From contig CAVPRW010000024.1 of the NCBI GenBank assembly GCA_963707985.1, forward strand, positions 1-64,000: a stretch of DNA of 64,000 bases, written 5' to 3'. The notes under the pieces are model-generated. The model made no database searches. It was given only the letters and a program-made list of their open reading frames with translations, and was not told the origin of the DNA. The position numbers and the translations under genes were made by a program. The stretch is from an uncultured Nitrospinota bacterium. Lineage in GTDB: Bacteria > Tectomicrobia > Entotheonellia > J063 > CAVPRW01. Shown one piece after another: positions 20,936 through 30,756 of this stretch. Every line of letters begins with the position of its first letter. The first letter of the stretch is position 1.

Positions 20936-22380
20936 CAACCCGGCTCGAAGAGGGAACCTACGGGAGAAAGTGCTTTCTGGATCGCCTGAAGACGCGGACA
21001 AGCCCTGACGTTTGCCGGTATTCACGACCGAGCGCACGGCCGCAAACAGGTCTCGCCCCCAGTCGGAGCGAAACCCGTTGGTGACCTTCCGAAAGATGGT
21101 ACTCATGCGGATGGCTTGCTCGCTGGAGTTATTCGTCGGCGGAATGGAGGCATCCTCCAGAAACACGAACAGGTGGTCCCGAATCTTGGTATAGCGTTTC
21201 TGCAGGCGTCTCCCATGGGGGTTGGTGGGCTGGCTGGCGCAGACAGCGGTCGAGACGCCGCTGGAGATCACCGCGGTACTGATACAGTGTGGAGGTCGCC
21301 AGGGTGTCCCGGCGTTTGTGAATGGCAAACGCGCGCAGCAGCACCGCCTTCATGCGTGGGGCAAACACCGTATCTCCCGCGTCGAGGGCAAACTGACAAT
21401 CCCGGAGTTGGTGGGCCAAACAGACCTGCCAGTCCTCGGCGGGGTGGTGCTGTTGCGCACTGTAGAGATCGGAGACCCAGATGGTCGGCCGATGGTCACC
21501 CAGCACTTCGTGGATGACCCCATGGCCCCGGCTGGGTCGAATCACATGGACACAGACCTCGGTATTCTGAAACACCCATTCCCACTGGGTGCTGTCCGTT
21601 CACCCGGGCGCTGGTTTCATCACTGCAGATCAGGCGGCTGCTGCGCAGACGGCGTCAGGATCTCCGCCACCCGGTCGTCCAGACGGGTGTTCACCCGCTG
21701 GAAGAGGTTGGCCAGCGCCCCTTCACTGATGGGCACCCCACACATCTGCGTGAAGAGCGCGGACAGCCGCTCGTCACTGATCGCATGCGTGTATCGCAGG
21801 TCGATCGCCAGACTCTGGATCGAGGCCCCAAAGGGCGTGCCGGGCTCCATCCCCACCGGGACTGGGGCCACATACGGACTGCCCACAGTGGGGACACTGC
21901 CCGGCATACTGCTCCACCCGGGTCACGATGGGCTTGACGGGCGGCACACTCGATCTTGTCATACACCGCATGCGGCGTGTTGCTCATGCGCCTGCACCGC
22001 GCCGCCACCAATGCGGACAGGTCTTCGCCTGGGCGATGATCACTTGGTCGGGGTCCGGGTGCAGCGGCCTGCCACCCCCCGCACGGCCGACACTGGCCTC
22101 GCGGCGCGTTCCCTGTCCGTGGGGCCGCGGGGAGGTTCGCCTTCGGGGTGTGCGAGGGCGGCACACTGGAATGGTGGGCATCCTTGCGCGGCTCGTGCGG
22201 TTTGGCTTCGAGTACCGAAAGCCGGGCTTTCAGGCGCTGCACCTCCGCCCACAGCGCCACAATGAGGCGCATCCTTTTCCGACTCTGATAGGCGTTCCAG
22301 TTCGGGGAGCTTGTCCATGGCCCCATTATCAGATTCTCATAAAGACGAGGTCAAGAGATTTTCTGAGGGGGTTGAGCACC
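20936..22380 (-). mobile_element. IS66-family transposase pseudogene with multiple frameshifts
   Basis: SSVPPS, CPHCG, PGTPFG, WVSDLYSAQ, QVCLAHQLRD, PPTNNSSEQAIR, RKVTNGFRS. Confidence 0.88.
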
Positions 22381-22490
22381 CATTCAAAAAATGAGCGAAC
22401 CGCGAGTAATTAGTCTAAATTGCCACGGATATCGTAGTAAGGTAACCATGCGTCTCCTCCTCTAGGTGCCCTAGGTGGCCTAGGTGCCGC

Positions 22491-23795
22491 TTATTTAATC
22501 ACACGTCGATACATAAGAAAGATTCCTCCTATATGCATGGCATTAATTGCTGCCAATGGTGCCATCAAACCTATCATTGGAAAGAACAAAACTGTTAATA
22601 TCATTTTTCCAACAACTTCTACACTTGCTACTTTGATTAGACTTTCAAGTCGGATAGTTGAATATGCAAAGACCGCTGGTAGGCGTGCCGCCCCTAACCA
22701 GAAAATAGCGCCTCCTGCCAGAAGAAAGGCAAATGGGCTTTCGATTGCGTTCTGACTCCCTACCCAGGTTCTGACAATCCACGGACCAAAAAATGCATAC
22801 AACGCTCCTACAATTAAAGAGATAATTACCATCCATCTCAATGCGTCTTTACATCCTTCTACTGCTTTCTCTGTTTCTCCGCGGGCATCCATTTGAATTA
22901 GATAAGGTTGATAATATTCTGGCAACCGCCATATTATCTGGATCAACACGTCTGCAATCTTCCAAACTAGAACAAATTCTGCAGCCGATCTGGCGCCTCC
23001 TAATAAGCTTATAACTATAGTGTCTGCCTGCATTGTTATTAATATTGCACCGTATAAGGTATATCTCATTCCCATGCGACCTGCCAGTCTTTTAACTAGT
23101 ATAAACATGTCTGAATTCGGTTTACTCCATCCAATTTTGACACCTAACTTCTTCCAATATATCCAAAATGCTGCCCGTGCTGCGATTACCCCTCCTATCA
23201 GGCACACTAGCACCCCATATAAATTTCCACCTAATAATAACCAAGGTACAACTGTTATCACAAATAAGACGAGGCTAAGTGTCTGGAATATGTTTCCCGC
23301 CAATTGGTGTCCCTTTGCAGCAATAGCAAGCCGCTCTACTGACAAATCATAGTGGACTACAAAATAAAATGCCGCTGCTACTATACTCCATTGAATTACT
23401 TTCCTCTCACTTTCTATCACATTTTGTAAAATGATACTATCTAATGAAAAAATAACCACGATTACAATTATCGAAAGTAATCCAGCATATCCTACATATA
23501 TTATTTTTGATAACGCGTAAGCTTCTTCAAATCCTCGATTATCTCCCCATGCGACATATTCTCCCATTACTCGCGATATACCTCCTGTCATTCCACCTAC
23601 TCCTACACCCGCATAATTTACAAAGGAAAGTAATATTACTAATATTCCAAACTCGTATTTTCCCATAAAATTTATATAAATAGGAACTAAGATGATTTGG
23701 GCACATATATTTACTGCCATTAAGATATACCCTGTTGTAATGTCTCCGGTATATCCTCGACTAGATCCCAATAATTTTATTAAATTATGAGACAT
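22491..23795 (-). CDS. wzx: Wzx-like polysaccharide flippase
   Basis: 434 aa multi-TM, PIYINFMGKYEFG, QADTIVISLLGG; polysaccharide-locus context. Confidence 0.8.
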   Translation of the reverse strand: MSHNLIKLLGSSRGYTGDITTGYILMAVNICAQIILVPIYINFMGKYEFGILVILLSFVNYAGVGVGGMTGGISRVMGEYVAWGDNRGFEEAYALSKIIYVGYAGLLSIIVIVVIFSLDSIILQNVIESERKVIQWSIVAAAFYFVVHYDLSVERLAIAAKGHQLAGNIFQTLSLVLFVITVVPWLLLGGNLYGVLVCLIGGVIAARAAFWIYWKKLGVKIGWSKPNSDMFILVKRLAGRMGMRYTLYGAILITMQADTIVISLLGGARSAAEFVLVWKIADVLIQIIWRLPEYYQPYLIQMDARGETEKAVEGCKDALRWMVIISLIVGALYAFFGPWIVRTWVGSQNAIESPFAFLLAGGAIFWLGAARLPAVFAYSTIRLESLIKVASVEVVGKMILTVLFFPMIGLMAPLAAINAMHIGGIFLMYRRVIK

Positions 23796-24227
23796 ATTAT
23801 TACCACCTATGCAATTCTCCAGTCTTCAAGGCATCTACAATACTAAAAAATGGTAGCTCAGTTGTATCGATGATAATTATATGTCTAAAAACATACTTTG
23901 TGAAAGGTAATATACGTAGACTTTGCAATACTACTTGTGAAAGATCTGATTCATTTACTAACTAATATGTCTCTACATTGAATTTTACAGGTGAGAGTAT
24001 GGTATTTAAGGCTCTCGCGGTGGAGGCAATGGGTGAGGAACTTGATGAAATATTTAGTAAATGAAGTACATTTCGAAGGAGTAGGGCGATTCGACTATAT
24101 AGTATAGATACTGAAGGAAGTGTTAATGGGCAACAATGATTTATGGAAGAAACAAGTTTCTCAGATAACGACTAGACCGAAACCATAATTATATGATTGA
24201 TTCAAGTGATAGTGGTAGCGGAAGCTA

Positions 24228-24902
24228 TCACCTTTCTCGCGGTTCTATGACGACCATCAATGAACTACACCATCTTGGATGAATGTACCCAATAAATCTA
24301 TTAAAAGATGACTTAGCGTAAGTAGATAAGGTTCGATTATCAACATTTGAAAAGAAATAAATCTCACTCAGGTGATAACCAAATCTATTACATATAACTT
24401 GAAAATGTTCAGGCAGAAAACAACAGATATGATCATAATAGATACGCAAATTATATCCTAAACAAGAACGAGCAATAAGTCCATAATGAGTCGGATTAGG
24501 GGTCGTAATTAAAATTTTCCCTTTTGGCTCCAAATGTCTGATCAATGTTTGAATCGCAATTGCGGGAGCGTTGAGATGTTCAATGACCTCTGACATGATT
24601 ATAATTTCAAAGCGGCGTCCAAGTTGAATAGTTTCACAGTCACCTTGAATTATGTGTATTCCATACTTACCCGCATAGTCTATGCTTTTTTGGTCGATAT
24701 CCAATCCAATGAGTTCCTTGGCAACTTCACTCAGACGATAGTGTAACCACTGGTGTTTCTTAGTTGGGAGATAATCTTCAGCATTGCCAGCTGCCCCAAC
24801 GTCGAGTACTGTTTTGCCGGAACTTTCGGAAAGTATGTAAGAAACGGCGTCTGGCAAGACTGAAGTCTTTGCCTTGAGAGTGACGAGGTTACTATTTGCC
24901 AT
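24228..24902 (-). CDS. Class I SAM-dependent methyltransferase
   Basis: VLDVGAAG, IGLDID, SEVIEHL, LITTPN. Confidence 0.9.
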   Translation of the reverse strand: MANSNLVTLKAKTSVLPDAVSYILSESSGKTVLDVGAAGNAEDYLPTKKHQWLHYRLSEVAKELIGLDIDQKSIDYAGKYGIHIIQGDCETIQLGRRFEIIIMSEVIEHLNAPAIAIQTLIRHLEPKGKILITTPNPTHYGLIARSCLGYNLRIYYDHICCFLPEHFQVICNRFGYHLSEIYFFSNVDNRTLSTYAKSSFNRFIGYIHPRWCSSLMVVIEPRER

Positions 24903-24945
24903 ACTCTTGTCTCCTATTTGAACTACCTAGTACTATGGTGAAGAT

Positions 24946-25842
24946 TCAGCATGATGCAGCGGGTATAGGTTCGAGGCTGACGCGATAGCCTAGGTGTTCC
25001 AGACGCCCTGTAAGACGATCGACAAGATGCTTCCGTTGATGTTCATCAACGTAGGCGGCGCCTAACTCGTTACGCGGTTCGTTGCAGGAGAGCATGGGGA
25101 AAGCACTGTCCACGCTCGAGTGCGCCACGGTCATGATGGCGCGTTTCTTGCCTCGGCGCACCGCCAGCCGATGATGCAGGGCTGACAAGTAGGCCCCCTT
25201 GGTCAGCGCCGCCGCATGCGCCAGTTGCGTCAGACCGGTCCTCAGCGCCCGATTGCCTTTGCGGGTCTTGCCGGAGCGTTGTGTGCCCGCGCGTTTGTCA
25301 TTCCCCGGCGCGACCCCGCTCCAGGCGGCCAGGCGGGCGGCGGTCCCAAAGCGTGCCATATCGACCCCCCACTCGGCGACCAACAGCTCTCCACCCCGTT
25401 GATTGACGTCAGGAATGGTGTCCAGCACCGTGACCGCTCGCGCAGGGGACTGTCAGGTTCTGTCAACTCCGCGGCGCTCCCCGCGGCGTTGGCTCCCCTC
25501 GGCACCGCGAGCGAGGGCGGGGGGTGGGTGCCGCACTCGGGTCGGTCATCAGATGGGTAATGGCGGTACTCAGGGTGTCGAGCTGTTCCTCCAGGACATC
25601 GATATGAGCCAGCCGCATCCCGACCAATCGTCGGTGATGGTCCCGCACCAACTCGCTCAGAGCCTGTTCCAAGACCGGCAGCTGACTCCGCGCCCCTTGG
25701 CCAACTCCACCAGCGCCGCTGGCGCGGCTCGCCACTCGATCAACGCGGCCAGGATGGCCCGCCCCGACACCCCCATGATAGCCGACGCCAAAGTGATGTT
25801 GGCCCGCTCCAGGACGCCTGGCACCCGGTTGACCTCTCGGCC
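24946..25842 (-). mobile_element. IS110-family recombinase pseudogene
   Basis: LERANITL...GVSGRAIL, LDTIP, LAAWSGVAPGN, KGNRALR, RRGKKRAI; frameshifted and N-terminus missing. Confidence 0.88.
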
Positions 25843-26178
25843 TTGCATCACCGCCTGGCCGCGCGGCGCTGGAAGAAACGCGCCATCATGGCGGGGTGGC
25901 CCACGCGATCTTCGTCAGTGCCTCCTAAATCGGTCCAGATAAGGTTCATACACTCAGAATTTACCAGAGCCGGGTCTGACTGGGGGCGTTGCGAGTCATG
26001 TGTACCAATGTCGTGTGGATCGATTTAGAGGCTCTCGGGCAACGAGCCCTATCATGAATGAGGAGCCACGTATTTTAACGAACATCGACGGGAGCATGTG
26101 GTCGATCGTCTCACCCGGCGGTTGCAGCACCTAGGGTACCACGTGAGCCTCGAACCAGTACCGGCTGCATCATGCTGA
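25843..26178 (+). mobile_element. Second IS110 3' fragment in opposite orientation, interrupted by a short element
   Basis: HHRLAARRWKKRAIM...LSGNEPYHE*...HVVDRLTRRLQHLGYHVSLEPVPAASC* mirrors the C-terminus at 24946-25180. Confidence 0.82.
25924..26030. mobile_element. ~107-bp MITE-like insertion
   Basis: Arms ctaaatcggtcca / tggatcgatttag (one mismatch); interrupts IS110 coding sequence between VSA and LSGNE. Confidence 0.65.
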
Positions 26179-26842
26179 ATTTTCAACATAGTCCTAGGCC
26201 GTAGTTTATAGCTTTGTGGCTTGCCACGGGACTTCCTGTGGCATCATATTTGAGAAGGAGAGACCAAAGAGACCAAACAAGGATGCCGCCAAAGTCATTG
26301 GCCGAAGGGTGGTAAGTGCCTCGCGGTCCCACAACACCAGGTGGACCTGTCCCCTCTTGGTGCATCGGCAGGGCAGGGAGTACGGCCGGATCCGTAGGTT
26401 CCGGTACAAACAACAACCGTGCCGGTGGTCGGTCAGTGGACCACACATTCCAGTGCATGCTTTCCTCGTCGAGATGCTGCAGTACCGCGAGGCCTAGTTC
26501 CTGGTCCCTACGGCATTACGGCATTGGAACTCTCATCGGCTCTGGTGGTGGAGGCGTTGGCCGCGCGCTTTCGCTAGGAAGACGGCTCTCGCGACGACAA
26601 ACACCGCCTCAGCATGGAAGCATGTCGCTCTTCAACCAAAGAACCCGTGTAGAATTCCTACTGCTCCTCGACGGCTGCCTGATTTCTGACCGAAGTATTG
26701 AGGGATAGAATGAACTTGGAAATCTGCAATCTCGCCAGGTCTCTTGGAGTTAGGAAGGGAAGACTCGGGATATTGTAGGTATTCTGGTTCTTTGCACTCT
26801 TTTATCGTAGCCCGCAGATGAGCTACTAACCCACAGTGCCTT

Positions 26843-27910
26843 TCATCGCTTTAAACCACGAAGGGCACCGGAAATGGCGTCGATATAGGTAGGTTCGAGA
26901 GCAGAAACGGGAAAGAACCTCGGTCCTTGGCTATAAAGCCATACATATCTGTCGGTGATGTCAAGAGCATCACCTAAGGCCTGCCTGAATTCTTGCGGTT
27001 GAAAGTAGTTCGCTTGACGTTTATTATCTAGCCACAAACCAAAACCTACTTTTACCTTTTCTCGGTAGCGCTCCGGAAAAGCTGAGAGCTTGATGGCCTC
27101 CTGCCGAATTCGTTGATAAGCTTCCGTAAATTGCCTTCGCTGTTTATACCCGTACGCCGACTCGTAGCCGTCAACGAGGTAGGATGCTGCCGACATACCC
27201 TGTAGAAGGCCATCGTAAAAGGCTGGTAACAGAGCATAGCTAAGTGCGTGGAGGCTCCTATTTTCCCCTAAGTGATGCAGAAGCACGCTATACGCGGAAA
27301 GGGAGAAGATTATGGCGTCTGGCAAATGATTGGAGACCGCTGACATAACGTCTCGTCCTCGTTGACGCGCTATTTGTGCATACTCCTCAAACGGTTTATC
27401 AACGATTTTTCGCTGGTCTTCAAAGCTGAAGAGTTGATAGCTGTAGTGTTCGGGATCCAGGATTAATCCCTTACACCTTGCCTTTGCAGCAATCGCTGCC
27501 ATCACCGCAAAGTTGTTAGCAATAATGTGCCACCGCTCGTCATCGAACCAAGTAAACCCTGGCGCTGATATAGGGCTGGAGAGACTAACAGCGAGGAAAT
27601 TCTCGGTAAAGGTGCTCCACTTGGGCGCTTCGAGGTCTTCCATCGCTGGACGAAAATCTTCGAGCTGGAACACTTGGGGGCCCATGACATGCCATCCTAG
27701 GAGGTTTTCGGGGACCTGTTTGCCTTGGACCCAAGCTTCACGGTCCAAAGCTACTACAATACCGATCCCGTTAAAGGGCATTTTCTCCATTTCGTGCCAG
27801 TGCTCGCGAATATACTGTGTGTCCCGATTCCCCCAGCCGTAATAGATGAGTTTCTTGGCGCCAGACGTTTGTGCCCACGCAGGGAGGCACACGAGGGCAA
27901 GGCACAGCAC
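26843..27910 (-). CDS. Uncharacterised exported protein, paralog of 12300-13379
   Basis: AWA-Q cleavage-like site; KKLIYYGW, GLILDPEHY, DGYESAYGYK, GFGLWLD; start uncertain. Confidence 0.8.
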   Translation of the reverse strand: MLCLALVCLPAWAQTSGAKKLIYYGWGNRDTQYIREHWHEMEKMPFNGIGIVVALDREAWVQGKQVPENLLGWHVMGPQVFQLEDFRPAMEDLEAPKWSTFTENFLAVSLSSPISAPGFTWFDDERWHIIANNFAVMAAIAAKARCKGLILDPEHYSYQLFSFEDQRKIVDKPFEEYAQIARQRGRDVMSAVSNHLPDAIIFSLSAYSVLLHHLGENRSLHALSYALLPAFYDGLLQGMSAASYLVDGYESAYGYKQRRQFTEAYQRIRQEAIKLSAFPERYREKVKVGFGLWLDNKRQANYFQPQEFRQALGDALDITDRYVWLYSQGPRFFPVSALEPTYIDAISGALRGLKR

Positions 27911-28764
27911 ACACCATGATAGCAGAGCTGGATGGCGTAAGGTGGCGATGTCTTAGGATTATTAGGCTCCGTCTTCCTCACGGTTCTCTCCGCCTGCCCC
28001 TCTAACCATCTGTTAAAGGCCGCTACGGAGGTCTTGACACGCTCTAACAGCGCTTTGACCCCTCGTCCGAGGGTCAGGACCCGTTCAGCCTCTAGCTCGT
28101 AACCATATATGTGCCGGATTCGATGACGGAACCGCCGGTACTCGTCCAAATCCAACAACAGTGACCCACTGAATACTGGCGGCCGCCCATGACCGCCGGG
28201 CTCCCCCATCTGCCCTAGTAACACCTGGTGCCAGCGCTCTCCCGGTGGCAACCCGCCATCGAGTGCTACTGCCACCCGCTCGCAGAGACGCTCACACCCT
28301 TTGTAGAAATCATCAACGTAGCTGGCTAGCGCTCGCACGGCGAACTCATCTAGTGCCTCTCCAGCCCGCTCCAGGGCTATCTCCAATCCCTCGGCGATCC
28401 TCTCCAGACCAATCAGTTCATCATCCAACCTGATCTTCAGCGCGAGATATGGAGACTCGGGCATGGTCCGTTCTCCTAAGATATGGCTTCGCACCTCTGG
28501 AAAGGCATGCTCCAAAGGCATTAGATCCACCTTGAGCCACGGTGGCACCATGGCCTCTAGGTCTTTCTCTGCCTGCCACAAAGCCTCGGACGATACTCCC
28601 TCCACTGCCAAGTCTAAGTCCGATCGTTCGTGCCAGACCCCTTCCTCCAGCACGGAGCCAAACGGAATCACACGCCTGGCGCCGTATCGACTTTTCAACA
28701 CTTGGGCACAAGTGGCCACGATCGCCAAGGCCTCTTGCCGTCGACTTTCTAGCTCCTGACGCAT
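27754..28764 (-). CDS. Fused MNT nucleotidyltransferase - HEPN (HepT-like) RNase
   Basis: FGS...SDLDLAVEG (MNT), then FRHRIRHIY (RX4HXY); reads through into the next gene. Confidence 0.88.
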   Translation of the reverse strand: MRQELESRRQEALAIVATCAQVLKSRYGARRVIPFGSVLEEGVWHERSDLDLAVEGVSSEALWQAEKDLEAMVPPWLKVDLMPLEHAFPEVRSHILGERTMPESPYLALKIRLDDELIGLERIAEGLEIALERAGEALDEFAVRALASYVDDFYKGCERLCERVAVALDGGLPPGERWHQVLLGQMGEPGGHGRPPVFSGSLLLDLDEYRRFRHRIRHIYGYELEAERVLTLGRGVKALLERVKTSVAAFNRWLEGQAERTVRKTEPNNPKTSPPYAIQLCYHGVCCALPSCASLRGHKRLAPRNSSITAGGIGTHSIFASTGTKWRKCPLTGSVL

Positions 28765-28808
28765 GCGCCGCCTCTACCTTGCCGTCCAACTTTAAAATGG
28801 CACATCAT

Positions 28809-29030
28809 CTACCAGTCGTGGCGATCGATGGCGACGATAATTCCCGTGCCGTCGAAGGGCATCTTCTCCATCTCGTGCCAGTGCTCGCGGATATACTGCG
28901 TGTCGCGCATGCCCCAGCCGTCATAGAGGAGTTTCTTAGCGCCAGATGCTTGGGCCTAAACGGGAGCCTACAAGAGGGCGAGCCAGAGCGTGCCCCATGG
29001 CAGCAGAGCAGAAATACCACCCACTCGCAT
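28809..29030 (-). pseudogene. 5' fragment of a third copy of the exported-protein family
   Basis: MRVGGISALLPWGTLWLALL*APV*AQASGAKKLLYDGWGMRDTQYIREHWHEMEKMPFDGTGIIVAIDRHDW*. Confidence 0.85.
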
Positions 29031-29258
29031 GTGCAAGGGAATTGTCTCAGGGCTTACGCGGGGCGACCAGATAGGCACCGCGTCTCCAGTCGCCAGATCA
29101 CTAAGATTTCCCAGCTTGGATGGTGACGCTGATCTCCCCTGGCAAAGTCAACTGCATGCCTCGTCCAAAGACACGTCATCGAGCTGCCTCAGACAATCAA
29201 GCCTCTTCAGCCATGGGCTCTATGCATGGCCCCAATTATAGAGCAAACCGATGACTGA

Positions 29259-30272
29259 CTACCCTACCAGTGTCTGCGCTGGTCTTTCTCCCACCGTCGG
29301 TTGATCCAACTCCATCCGATAGTAGGCGATCAACCATTCCAGCATGCGCGGCAGGTCCAGCGTGGGCCGATAGCCGATGATCTGCTCAATTTTGGTTAAG
29401 TCCGGGAGTCGCCGGGCCATGTCCTCGAAACCCGATTCGTAGGCCTGTTCGTAGGGAATGAAGATGATCTCAGAGGCGCTCTCCGTCATCGTCTTCACCA
29501 GTTCTGCCAGCGCATAGATGGAGATTTCATCGGTGTGGCCGATGTTGAACACTTCGCCATACGCTTCGGGGTGCTGGATGAGCTTGATCATGGCGTTGAC
29601 GACATCGCCTACCCAGGTGAACGACCGCTGTTGTGTCCCATCGCCATAAACCGTGATCGGTTCGCCCAGTAACGCCTGCTTGACGAATCGTGGTGCCACC
29701 ATGCCGTACTGCCCGGTTTGCCGCGGCCCGATCGTGTTGAACAGACGCACGACCACGCAGGGCAGGTCTTTCTCTTTGAAGTACGCTCGGGCCAAGAACT
29801 CATCGATAATTTTGGACGCTGCATAGCACCAGCGAGCCCGTGAAGTCGGGCCCAGCACGACGTCGTCGTCTTCGCTGAATTTGGGTTTATCGAGCTTGCC
29901 ATAGACCTCCGAGGTGGAGGTCAGCAAGACTGGCTTCTGCTTGCGTGCACACAGATCCAGGAGCAGTTCGGTAGCCTTGATGTTGGTCTCGATCGTGCGC
30001 ACAGGCTCTTCAACGATCAGGCGGACACCGACCGCGGCCGCTAGATGGAACACCACGTCGGCTTGATCGATGAGCTCCAGGACCAGCGACCGGTTCATCA
30101 CACTCTCCAGCACATAGGAAAAGCCTGGATGTGCTTTCAGGTGGGCGACATTCTTGATACTTCCGGTCGATAGGTCATCCAGCACGACGACCGGCCAGCC
30201 GCGCTGCAGGAGCACCTCGGCCAGATGCGAGCCGATGAACCCTGCCCCTCCTGTGATCAGTGCTTTGGTCAT
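29259..30272 (-). CDS. NAD-dependent nucleotide-sugar epimerase/dehydratase (extended SDR)
   Basis: ITGGAGFIGSH, TSTSEVYG, YAASK, RLFNTIGPRQ; start MTKAL after GGGAG. Confidence 0.92.
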   Translation of the reverse strand: MTKALITGGAGFIGSHLAEVLLQRGWPVVVLDDLSTGSIKNVAHLKAHPGFSYVLESVMNRSLVLELIDQADVVFHLAAAVGVRLIVEEPVRTIETNIKATELLLDLCARKQKPVLLTSTSEVYGKLDKPKFSEDDDVVLGPTSRARWCYAASKIIDEFLARAYFKEKDLPCVVVRLFNTIGPRQTGQYGMVAPRFVKQALLGEPITVYGDGTQQRSFTWVGDVVNAMIKLIQHPEAYGEVFNIGHTDEISIYALAELVKTMTESASEIIFIPYEQAYESGFEDMARRLPDLTKIEQIIGYRPTLDLPRMLEWLIAYYRMELDQPTVGERPAQTLVG

Positions 30273-30756
30273 GCTCCCTCCATAGAACTGTCCTGGCGAC
30301 ACCGTCGCTGTATGGTGCGCGCGCCACCTCATGCCCTGCACCGGGCTGCGAACCCACGCGTGCAGGCGATTGGTCCAGGGTCGACATGCCGTAGGAGTGT
30401 TGCGTCATCGATGACTGCAGAGGCGGCCACAGGCCTCAGCCCTACGTGCGGTGTGTCCCCGCATGGTCGGTTTGGGGGTTCATCCAGTCGTACAGCGCAT
30501 CTCACAGGGGAGGAGGATATGATCACTTAGCGTGTGCTGCTGAGCGAGGAGTGAGGAAGGGTGAGACGGGTGGGGAGGCCGGAAGGCCGATACGTGGGTG
30601 GAACGGCGGAACAGCGGAGACGGATTGATGAATTCGTTCGCAGCCGTTTGCTCCCGATTCACCAATGTAATGTAGCGTGTGCTGTGGCCTCATCAAGCCA
30701 AGCCACAGTCTGGGGACAGCAGGTGCTCAACGGCCAATCCTAGATGGATCTTCCGT

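Noticed and set aside
21222..22265. 347-aa + strand ORF and similar long antisense ORFs (e.g. 5560-6180, 45737-46426)
   Set aside because: Shadow ORFs opposite transposases or real genes in GC-rich DNA, with no recognisable motifs.
22462..22488. Three imperfect ctaggtg(g)cc units just after wzx
   Set aside because: Short, imperfect and non-coding; no evidence of function.
23800..24220. SIDTEGS on the + strand resembling an FkbM methyltransferase motif
   Set aside because: Antisense to the operon, surrounded by stops and no other motif; probably chance or too decayed to call.
30528..30684. TAGCGTG as an RfaH ops element
   Set aside because: Wrong strand for the operon and lacks GGCGG.
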